From: an uncultured virus (IMG/VR IMGVR_UViG_3300022921_000003)
Taxonomy: Duplodnaviria; Heunggongvirae; Uroviricota; Caudoviricetes
Virus record (IMG/VR): IMGVR_UViG_3300022921_000003
Length of the DNA stretch: 20,000 nt
Reading direction: 5' to 3' (one strand)
Positions 7,631 to 14,686 of the stretch are shown here, one piece after another. The notes under the pieces were generated by a model, which worked only from the letters and a program-made list of their open reading frames with translations, had not been told where the DNA came from and made no database searches. Position 1 is the first letter of the stretch; the number at the start of each line of letters is the position of its first letter. A program made the position numbers and the translations under genes.

Positions 7631-8626
7631 CTATACTCTTTTCCAATTCGCAAACCTCGCCTTTGCTTCTAAACCAGAAAAGATATTTTGATTTATTTGT
7701 GTTGTAATGTTTTCTTGGGTGTAACCACCGAGTATCATCTCGTTAATATCTTTGAAGGGATTCGATTCAGGCCATAAACAAACTCTTCTCCCTGCATTAA
7801 TCGCTTTGTCTATTCTCCTGCATATCTCCCTGTTTCGTGGTTCGTTATCAAAGACTAGGATACTGTCATCAAACTCTGCCTTTGTCAAGTCAGCGTCTGC
7901 TGTAGCAACCGCATTGTCTAGGAACATGCTGTCAATTGGACCCTCAACAACATAAACCGTTTTGTTCTTGTTCAGTCTGTCAAGACCGAAAACTTTCTCA
8001 CCATCGTCCAACTTGATGGTGATATACTTAGGTATCTCTACACCGAAGGCTCGACCTTGGTATGCAAAAATGTCACCCTTCTCGTCACGAAATGGAATAA
8101 GGAGTCTGGGGTGGTCGCCCTCCACAGACGGGAACTTATTCTTGATTAGAGTGTTCGTGAATTTAAAGAATGACTCACAGAGATACAGGTCAGATAGTCT
8201 GTCCTTTGGGAGTTGTCTTGCTTCGACAATCTTTCTTGCGGGGTGATCTTCTGAGAGTTCCGAGATGGAAGATAGACCTTTGAAGATATCCCGTTTGCGA
8301 AAGACTGGTGCATCGAACTTAAACTCCGGCTCAGGGTTGTTAGTCTTGACCCCTGATCTGTATCGTTCAAATATATAGTCTTTGTAAGTTTTTGAGTCTA
8401 CATGCTTGATGAGATTACCAAGTGTTGCTCCCACCCCACAGTTATGACACTTGAAGAACAGGTCATTCTTCTTACGAAAGACATACCCACGAGCCTTCGT
8501 GCGTGACTTCTGTGAGTCTCCACAGTATGGACAACGAAAGTTCCAACTATAGTCAGACTTCTTCTTGAACAAGAGAAGTTGACTACTGATAAGATTTAGA
8601 TATTTTATGTCAATGTACATGAACAT
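7631..8626 (-). CDS. T4-like DNA primase (gp61)
   Basis: Zn finger NFRCPYCGDS...FKCHNCG, RLLIPF, YQGR, KYITIK, and TOPRIM motifs VVEGPIDSMF, FDNEPRN, KDINEM. True start may be the ATG at 8620. Confidence 0.95.
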   Translation of the reverse strand: MFMYIDIKYLNLISSQLLLFKKKSDYSWNFRCPYCGDSQKSRTKARGYVFRKKNDLFFKCHNCGVGATLGNLIKHVDSKTYKDYIFERYRSGVKTNNPEPEFKFDAPVFRKRDIFKGLSSISELSEDHPARKIVEARQLPKDRLSDLYLCESFFKFTNTLIKNKFPSVEGDHPRLLIPFRDEKGDIFAYQGRAFGVEIPKYITIKLDDGEKVFGLDRLNKNKTVYVVEGPIDSMFLDNAVATADADLTKAEFDDSILVFDNEPRNREICRRIDKAINAGRRVCLWPESNPFKDINEMILGGYTQENITTQINQNIFSGLEAKARFANWKRV

Positions 8627-8655
8627 ACATTAACAGATTTATAGGATATTGTCAA
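8627..8655 (-). promoter_or_regulatory. Candidate sigma70-type promoter (TTGACA-N17-TAATGT) containing a near-consensus late motif TATAAATC
   Basis: Minus strand: TTGACA at 8655-8650, a 17-nt spacer, TAATGT at 8632-8627. TATAAATC sits at 8643-8636. All lie in or at the edge of the gap before the primase gene. Confidence 0.5.
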
Positions 8656-9083
8656 GTAAAGTCGATAAATTTATGCAATAAAAATCCAATAACAATAGAC
8701 CCACCAATTAGAACGTGTCTCCACTTCTCTAGGACACCGACACGGTGTTCAATCTCTCTCTGAATTTTCTGTATTTCTTTGTTCTGTTCTGCATGTTGTT
8801 GTGCTGCAGCAGCCATGATTTCTTTGGTATTCGTAGTGATACGAGAATGTAACTCGTCTATCTTTGACATCATTTCACTACGACGAACTTCAATCTGTTG
8901 TTCTGCACCATAGAGTGCTTCTTCCTGTCTTGCAATCTTCTCTTCATGCACCGCCAACATACGGTTAATGGAGTTGGAAACATCGGTAAGTTTCTCAATT
9001 GCGATATCTAGACGATCATGAATTTTTCTCTGGTCCTCTAGTTCTTTCTTGAGAAGACGAACCTCTGTTTCCAACTCACTCAT
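8652..9083 (-). CDS. Coiled-coil protein with C-terminal membrane anchor
   Basis: Long heptad-like helix followed by LEKWRHVLIGGSIVIGFLL. XhlA/holin-like architecture. Confidence 0.75.
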   Translation of the reverse strand: MSELETEVRLLKKELEDQRKIHDRLDIAIEKLTDVSNSINRMLAVHEEKIARQEEALYGAEQQIEVRRSEMMSKIDELHSRITTNTKEIMAAAAQQHAEQNKEIQKIQREIEHRVGVLEKWRHVLIGGSIVIGFLLHKFIDFT

Positions 9084-9086
9084 AAC

Positions 9087-9257
9087 TTAACCCTCTGACT
9101 TAACGAGAGTGATAACACCCCAAGCAATTGCTGCCCAACAAACGAGGTTCATTGGAATAATTGCTGAGAGGAACAATCCAATCACACCAACAGCGATAAG
9201 AGCACCACCGTCCCATGATGTACGTTCCATAATTCTATCTTTAATCCAACCAAACAT
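9087..9257 (-). CDS. Small two-TM membrane protein (56 aa)
   Basis: Below the ORF-track cutoff: MFGWIKDRIMERTSWDGGALIAVGVIGLFLSAIIPMNLVCWAAIAWGVITLVKSEG. AAGGAG RBS upstream; fills the gap between its neighbours. Confidence 0.75.
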   Translation of the reverse strand: MFGWIKDRIMERTSWDGGALIAVGVIGLFLSAIIPMNLVCWAAIAWGVITLVKSEG

Positions 9258-9258
9258 T

Positions 9259-9507
9259 TTACTTCTCCTTTTCTAGTTCTAAGATTCTTGCCTCCAAATC
9301 ATCAATCTTCTTAGCAACGTTAGGATATTTTTTTCGCCAGTTGTCTTCATTCTGTAGGACTTTTAATCCCAATTTTTTAGAGGACCATGATGCTACATCA
9401 TCTACCTTTTTATAGAACCAGCGTCCTAGTTTGGTATCGGCAAACCAACTATCTGCCGCACTTCCAATTATGCTACTTGCAATACTACTAATCAGAAAAA
9501 ACCACAT
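9259..9507 (-). CDS. Hypothetical protein with hydrophobic N-terminus
   Basis: 82-aa ORF with a GGAG RBS and CATAAATA just upstream. Confidence 0.7.
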   Translation of the reverse strand: MWFFLISSIASSIIGSAADSWFADTKLGRWFYKKVDDVASWSSKKLGLKVLQNEDNWRKKYPNVAKKIDDLEARILELEKEK

Positions 9508-9526
9508 GTCTTCTATTCTCCACTAA

Positions 9527-9534
9527 TATTTATG
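9527..9534 (-). promoter_or_regulatory. Near-consensus T4 late promoter (CATAAATA)
   Basis: 7/8 match to TATAAATA, in the intergenic gap 20 nt upstream of the start at 9507. Confidence 0.45.
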
Positions 9535-9535
9535 G

Positions 9536-10351
9536 TTAATAATAATCCAAGTATGGTAAAATTGGTCTTTCACGAGCAGCAGCTGCTATAGGTGACCTAT
9601 GTACCGCACCCCTGTAAATATAAGTTTCTGGGTCTGCTTCGTGTCTCCAAGGGCCGTAACTTCCTTTTTCTGCACAATACAAATCGAAATCTCTACCTGT
9701 CTTACCCTCACTGACAAATTTTTCATAGGTGCGCCAATACGCGCAATCACGGCACTGTCTTTTTTTACATGTCGATGTATGACATCTACGAGATAAAACT
9801 TTTAACTCATCTGGTAAAAATTCATATTGTTCAAATCTTCCCGTCAAAGTTTTGGCAATTTCATCATAATCAAAATCATCACCAGTTGGCACTGGCTCTA
9901 AATCAGGAGTCCCCGTTAAATATATGTCAACCTTTGCACTCTCAAGATGTTCTCTAAGCATATCATGACAGGAAGAAGCAGTATTTTCTAATGATATACC
10001 GACTGATATCGCATCAACGCCAGTCTCTTTAACCCATACAGGATAAGTTTCATATCTTGGTCTAAGAGCACCAATATTATAAGTTCCTGCTTTAAACCCC
10101 TTCCTAATCGGCACCCACTCTTCTTTATATGTCGGTGTCCAGTTAATCTCTTCAAAGACAAAATCTCTAGTTTCAGACTTTAAAAAAAGGATAATATCTT
10201 TAAGTTTTTTTATTGCAGCATCATTGGTGTCATCTTTTTCAAACTCTTCAGTAGCGTATCTTGCAACTATTTCACAGTCTGTTTCTGTTAACCATCTCCA
10301 CATAGTATATGTTGAATTAACTCCACCAGAGAATGGTATCAGTATTTTCAT
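9536..10351 (-). CDS. QueC-like / PP-loop adenine nucleotide alpha-hydrolase
   Basis: N-terminal KILIPFSGGVNST (PP-loop SGGxDS with Asp replaced by Asn) and a C-terminal Cys cluster RRCHTSTCKKRQCRDC. Confidence 0.6.
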   Translation of the reverse strand: MKILIPFSGGVNSTYTMWRWLTETDCEIVARYATEEFEKDDTNDAAIKKLKDIILFLKSETRDFVFEEINWTPTYKEEWVPIRKGFKAGTYNIGALRPRYETYPVWVKETGVDAISVGISLENTASSCHDMLREHLESAKVDIYLTGTPDLEPVPTGDDFDYDEIAKTLTGRFEQYEFLPDELKVLSRRCHTSTCKKRQCRDCAYWRTYEKFVSEGKTGRDFDLYCAEKGSYGPWRHEADPETYIYRGAVHRSPIAAAARERPILPYLDYY

Positions 10352-10381
10352 AATATTTCACTCCATTTTATAATTTATCAT

Positions 10382-10513
10382 TTAACCCCAATCTGGGCGT
10401 TTAGGTTCTTCTGCACAATTGCAACCACCACATTGACATTCTACACATACAAGTGTGTCACAATGACAATCGTGTTCACAAGACTTACACTTTTTTTCTG
10501 TATCCTGTTCCAT
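10382..10513 (-). CDS. Cys-rich metallothionein-like micro-protein (43 aa)
   Basis: Translated by hand: MEQDTEKKCKSCEHDCHCDTLVCVECQCGGCNCAEEPKRPDWG, with 9 Cys and 2 His. GGAG upstream. Confidence 0.6.
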   Translation of the reverse strand: MEQDTEKKCKSCEHDCHCDTLVCVECQCGGCNCAEEPKRPDWG

Positions 10514-10601
10514 TCGTTCTATCTCTCCATCTCTTGTTCCAAGCCCAACAATTTAGTTTTGAACCATATTTCTCACAGAATGCATAAAAACAGTCAAACA
10601 T
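10485..10601 (-). CDS. Hypothetical micro-protein (38 aa)
   Basis: MFDCFYAFCEKYGSKLNCWAWNKRWRDRTNGTGYRKKV. The ATG is coupled to the upstream stop (TAATG) and has GAGG upstream. Confidence 0.55.
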   Translation of the reverse strand: MFDCFYAFCEKYGSKLNCWAWNKRWRDRTNGTGYRKKV

Positions 10602-11083
10602 TAGTCTTCCTCTCTAGGTATAATTGACCACCTACCAAAGAGTACTACTGAATAGTACGCAGAATAAATCTTCCACTTTGGAACTGATGGGTCTGCATCT
10701 TTCATTGCAGCAAGGAATACCTTGTCTGCTTCCTTCTTTGCTGCCTTGTAAGTATCAACAACTTCCTGTGCATTTAAATTCTCAATCAAATCACCAGCCT
10801 CTGCCCGATACTGACGAATACGTTTGTAGAGAAGGTCATGAATAATTGCTGCACGGGCAATGTCCCAAGGTGCAATCAACATCCAACAGATGCGTGGAAC
10901 AGATGCAAGGTCTGTGACGAAACCTTTCTTACATGTAATCTTTCCATCCTTGGTGACTTGTACGCCAACACTCTTGAGACTATCCACATCAAGGTCTGCA
11001 TTTGTATAACTGAGAGCCCTTTCCAAAATCCACTTGCGTGGTGGATGAAACTCTGCACTGATTTTATCGTTAAACTTACCCAT
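10601..11083 (-). CDS. DUF1353-family protein
   Basis: KGFVTDLASVPR, AAIIHDLLY, EADKVFLAAM and Y.SVVLFG match the DUF1353 signature. Confidence 0.85.
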   Translation of the reverse strand: MGKFNDKISAEFHPPRKWILERALSYTNADLDVDSLKSVGVQVTKDGKITCKKGFVTDLASVPRICWMLIAPWDIARAAIIHDLLYKRIRQYRAEAGDLIENLNAQEVVDTYKAAKKEADKVFLAAMKDADPSVPKWKIYSAYYSVVLFGRWSIIPREED

Positions 11084-11094
11084 CGTATTATTCC

Positions 11095-11430
11095 TTATTT
11101 TTTAGGTTTTGCGATTGCCTGAGCACCAAAGAATGCTGCGACAATACCAGCGACTGCGATAAAGTATACTCCTGCCATATCACCAAGAATCTTTGCGGCC
11201 TGTTCTAAATTAAACACAGATGCAAGAACCACGATAACTGGATACACTAACATACCCCCTAGTGAGTACCATGCCATTGTTCTTTGTGCATCTCTCATCG
11301 CATCTGCATCTTCAAGTTCTTTGCGTTTGAACTCCAAATACATTTCATGTTCTACTGGGTCAACAACTCCATCTCCGTTTGTATCGGCAGGATGGCGTTC
11401 TATACTACTTGCTTTGACTTCCTCCGTCAT
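11095..11430 (-). CDS. Two-TM holin-like protein with an N-terminal EF-hand-like loop
   Basis: DTNGDGVVDPVE (DxDxDG-type loop), followed by two hydrophobic segments and a basic C-terminus. Located after the spanin-like genes. Confidence 0.6.
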   Translation of the reverse strand: MTEEVKASSIERHPADTNGDGVVDPVEHEMYLEFKRKELEDADAMRDAQRTMAWYSLGGMLVYPVIVVLASVFNLEQAAKILGDMAGVYFIAVAGIVAAFFGAQAIAKPKK

Positions 11431-11794
11431 CGGGTTTCTCCTTTTCTGGGGTCACCGCCTTCTCATAGTATAGAATGATTTGTTTCTGTTGTTCTATGTA
11501 TCTCCTAAGTTCTGCAAAATTCAAACTTAGGTTCTCGTAATCCTTTACTGACAGTGCAATATAAGAATCTGCACCGTTCTTCTTTTCATACTCTTTAATA
11601 AACTCATCGTAGTTCAGTTTTGATACAACGTAAATCTTTACGTCATTTAGTTGAACTTGCTTGGGGTGCTGCACTATTGGAACTTCCGTCCGTACTGTCT
11701 TTGTTACAGTTACTATTTTTGGTTCCGGCCTCCAACTGCACGCCGTTAGGGTTAGTAAGGTCAGCAAGACAATCCCATAACCTATTGGTCGCAT
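11405..11794 (-). CDS. Lipoprotein, o-spanin (Rz1)-like
   Basis: Lipobox LTAC, a Pro-containing linker and a C-terminal amphipathic helix (LSLNFAELRRYIEQQ). Overlaps the upstream gene by about 150 nt. Confidence 0.68.
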   Translation of the reverse strand: MRPIGYGIVLLTLLTLTACSWRPEPKIVTVTKTVRTEVPIVQHPKQVQLNDVKIYVVSKLNYDEFIKEYEKKNGADSYIALSVKDYENLSLNFAELRRYIEQQKQIILYYEKAVTPEKEKPDDGGSQSK

Positions 11795-12122
11795 TTTGCA
11801 TCCTCTTTTCTATCAATCCTGGCTTCTTATTTGCCAGATGTGTTAAGTTGTGTTTCTGCAAAGTTGCACGGAGTTGGTCACCATATCTCTCAGCAGTCTG
11901 CAATTCTTTCTGTAATTCTCTATTTATCTCTTCAAATTTCTGTCTGTCTTCAATCATGGTATTGATTGTCTCTTCTTGAAGTTTGGTTGCAACCTCTAAC
12001 TTCGCATTATTCTCAGAGAGAGTTTGAATACGTTGCTGTGTATCCTTGTAGTAATAGTATGCACCATACCCCACTCCACCAAGAAGACCTAACACGATTA
12101 GTAACATATAAATTTTCAACAT
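11643..12122 (-). CDS. i-spanin (Rz)-like protein
   Basis: N-terminal TM segment (MLKIYMLLIVLGLLGGVGYGAYYYY), a long coiled coil and KPGLIEKRMQ. AAGGA RBS precedes the ATG at 12122. Confidence 0.7.
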   Translation of the reverse strand: MLKIYMLLIVLGLLGGVGYGAYYYYKDTQQRIQTLSENNAKLEVATKLQEETINTMIEDRQKFEEINRELQKELQTAERYGDQLRATLQKHNLTHLANKKPGLIEKRMQNATNRLWDCLADLTNPNGVQLEAGTKNSNCNKDSTDGSSNSAAPQASSTK

Positions 12123-12132
12123 GGTTTTATCC

Positions 12133-12444
12133 TTAGAATGTGGCGTCACCACTGATAAATGGACCAATAACTGTTTTTAATGATGTTCCAGCAGAGTTTT
12201 TAATATTAGTAGTTGTACCACCAGCATTCAATCCAACTCTAATTTTGATTGTTGTACCACTGGAGTTTTTGATTAATACTTGTATAGGCGAAGAGGCAGC
12301 ATCCCCAACACCAATCAACTTTACAGTGCCACCATCATTTATATAAATCTTTTTTGCTGAGGTATCAACAGCAACCTCACCACTAGTAATATCACTATTG
12401 GTTGGTGTTGTTGTTCCCCTCTTTAACTTTATAACAGTTGGCAT
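12133..12444 (-). CDS. Short tail-fibre-associated protein (Mtd_N-like N-terminal anchor)
   Basis: MPTVIKLKRG...P......GEVAVD....KIYI, the same N-terminal type as the neighbouring fibre gene. Confidence 0.65.
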   Translation of the reverse strand: MPTVIKLKRGTTTPTNSDITSGEVAVDTSAKKIYINDGGTVKLIGVGDAASSPIQVLIKNSSGTTIKIRVGLNAGGTTTNIKNSAGTSLKTVIGPFISGDATF

Positions 12445-12455
12445 TTATACTACCC

Positions 12456-14342
12456 TTAGAACGTACCACCATCAATCGTTGTTACTGTTACTGCACCACT
12501 TGATACTGTGAAGTTGTCTGAACTGAATGAGGCAATACCCTTATTAGAAGTTGATGCATCTTCACCTGTAATTGTCAGGGTGTTAGATGAGATTGCCGTT
12601 ACGATACCCTCACCATTCGCAATTGTCAATGTTTCACCAAGTGCAACAGCATCAGATGATGAATCACTACCAGTAATAGTAATTGTACTATTTGACAGTG
12701 AAGAGTTAGCAATATTACTTAGGGTGTTTGAAGAACCACTAATCGTCTTGTTGGTTAGTGTCTGAGATGAAGTCAACAGAGCAATTGCAGAAGTGTTACT
12801 CAAGTCTGTTGATGCAATCGTAATGTTTGCAGTACCGTCAAAGGACTGACCAGCAATTGTTCTTGCGGTCTCTAGTGCAGTTGCGGTTGCGGCATTACCA
12901 GAAGTGTCCTGTGTACCAGAGGTATTAACACCAGGCAAGTTAATATTACCAGTACCATCGAATGACACACCACCGATTGTTCGGGCAGTCTCTAGTGCAG
13001 TAGCAGTAGCTGCATTACCTGTGATATCACTGGATGTTAGTGCAACTGTTCCTGTTACATTTGGTAGAGTAATTGTTCTATCAGCAGTTGGGTCTGTGAT
13101 GGTTAGAGTTGTTTCGAAATCGTCAGCAGTTGCACCCTCAAATACGATTGCATTTGCGGCGTTCATTGTAACTGTATCAACAGTCGTTGTAGTTCCTGCA
13201 ACCTGTAGATTTGGTACAAGTAGAGTTCCTGTACTTGGGTTATAACGCAATGCACCAGTGTCATCAAGTAGAGCATTGGACTCGTCATGGAACACAACAG
13301 GGAAGTTTGTGTTTGCAGTACTATCTGTAACTGTAACAAGTGCAGCCGTACCACTGGTGTCCTGTGTACCAGAAGTGTTAACGCCAGGTAGGTTGATGTT
13401 ACCAGTACCATCGAAGGATACACCACCAATCGTCCGTGCGGTTTCTAGTGCAGTTGCAGTAGCAGCGTTACCAGAAGTATCCTGTGTACCAGAAGTGTTA
13501 ACGCCAGGTAGATTGATGTTTGCAGTACCGTTAAAGGATACTCCACCAATTGTTCTGGCAGTCTCTAGGGCAGTTGCAGTTGCGGCATTACCTGTGATAT
13601 CATCAGAGGTAAGAGCAAGTGTACCTGTAGATGTAGGTAGAGTTAGTGTTCCTGTGTTACTAATTGTACTGATTACAGGAGCAGTAAGTGTCTTATTTGT
13701 TAGTGTCTGAGAACCAGTTAGTGTTGCAACTGTGCTATCAATTGCAACAGAAATCTGGTCATCTGAGACTGTTGTATCAATACCAGTACCACCAGCAAAA
13801 GTTAGTGTACCACCAGTATTGAAAATGTCATCTGAACCACTATCTGCGGCAATTGTAAATGAACTAGATGCGGCACTTGCAAAGGATAGTCCACCAGAAC
13901 CATCTGTTGTTAGAATCTGACCATTTGAACCGTCAGCAGATGGAAGAGTAAATGTTACAGAAGTGGTGATGTTATTAGGAGCTTTAAGTCCGACAAAGTT
14001 TGAACCATTGTCAGTACCTTCATTGATTTTTAAAGTACCACCAGTGGTCGCATTATTACCTACAAAGACTTCATCAATGGCCTTGTTACTATCTACGAGA
14101 AGTGCAGAAGACGCAGTTAGTGTACCAGCAACGTGGTCTAACTGGTCTATGAAATATTGACCGCCAATAGCAGTGATGTTATTTGCATCACCATTACCGT
14201 CAACACCACCTTCACCGATAAACAGTCTATCACCGTTGTTACCCTGTGTACCAGTTCCGTAGGTGTATGCTAATTCACCCAGTTTAAGTGTAGCTGGTGC
14301 AGAAGTACCTGTACTCCTCTTTATTTGAATTGTAGTTGCCAT
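12456..14342 (-). CDS. Tail fibre protein with internal repeats
   Basis: MATTIQIKRS...LKLGELAY N-terminus, T/G/S/A-rich shaft, repeats of GNAATATALETARTI.G.SF.GT.NI, and a DGGTF C-terminus. Confidence 0.85.
   Translation of the reverse strand: MATTIQIKRSTGTSAPATLKLGELAYTYGTGTQGNNGDRLFIGEGGVDGNGDANNITAIGGQYFIDQLDHVAGTLTASSALLVDSNKAIDEVFVGNNATTGGTLKINEGTDNGSNFVGLKAPNNITTSVTFTLPSADGSNGQILTTDGSGGLSFASAASSSFTIAADSGSDDIFNTGGTLTFAGGTGIDTTVSDDQISVAIDSTVATLTGSQTLTNKTLTAPVISTISNTGTLTLPTSTGTLALTSDDITGNAATATALETARTIGGVSFNGTANINLPGVNTSGTQDTSGNAATATALETARTIGGVSFDGTGNINLPGVNTSGTQDTSGTAALVTVTDSTANTNFPVVFHDESNALLDDTGALRYNPSTGTLLVPNLQVAGTTTTVDTVTMNAANAIVFEGATADDFETTLTITDPTADRTITLPNVTGTVALTSSDITGNAATATALETARTIGGVSFDGTGNINLPGVNTSGTQDTSGNAATATALETARTIAGQSFDGTANITIASTDLSNTSAIALLTSSQTLTNKTISGSSNTLSNIANSSLSNSTITITGSDSSSDAVALGETLTIANGEGIVTAISSNTLTITGEDASTSNKGIASFSSDNFTVSSGAVTVTTIDGGTF
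12820..13630 (-). repeat. Coding repeats of about 120 nt (40 aa) in the tail fibre, as two tandem pairs
   Basis: GNAATATALETARTIGGVSF(N/D)GT(A/G)NINLPGVNTSGTQDTS occurs three times in full and once partially. Approximate spans are 13350-13590 and 12820-13020, with synonymous divergence between copies. Confidence 0.9.
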
Positions 14343-14357
14343 TTATATGGTCTCCTA

Positions 14358-14672
14358 TTAGAACGCACCGCCGTTTAGGGTTAGTGTTCCTGTATTTTCA
14401 TTTACTTCGTTTCTTGCGACGAATTTAGAGGTTGAGCTATCGTATTGAAGAATAGACCCATTAGACTTTGCTGTTACATCAACATCAGTCAAATCAGCAA
14501 GAGTACTGACAGCAGAACTACCAGTATTCACCCAGTTTCCAGTTCCGGCATCATATGCAAGAACTTGATTATCTGATACTGATGTAATAGTAACGTCAGA
14601 AACGTCATTAATTACTAAAGCAGTGCCAACATCTCCATATGCAGCTTCACTATATTTTACTGGATCAGCCAT
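14358..14672 (-). CDS. Small fibre/baseplate-associated protein
   Basis: Two copies of an (L/I).D(V/L).DV......L.YD.....(W/F) repeat and an NGGAF C-terminus. Confidence 0.7.
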   Translation of the reverse strand: MADPVKYSEAAYGDVGTALVINDVSDVTITSVSDNQVLAYDAGTGNWVNTGSSAVSTLADLTDVDVTAKSNGSILQYDSSTSKFVARNEVNENTGTLTLNGGAF

Positions 14673-14686
14673 CTTAAGTATCCTTC

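Noticed and set aside
12123..12167. Longer ORF-track start for the i-spanin-like gene
   Set aside because: It overlaps the upstream gene. The ATG at 12122 has an RBS and places the TM segment at the N-terminus.
12820..13630. Repeats as a CRISPR array or DGR template/variable repeat
   Set aside because: They are in-frame coding repeats with mostly synonymous differences. There are no unique spacers, no evident adenine-specific pattern and no reverse transcriptase in the window.
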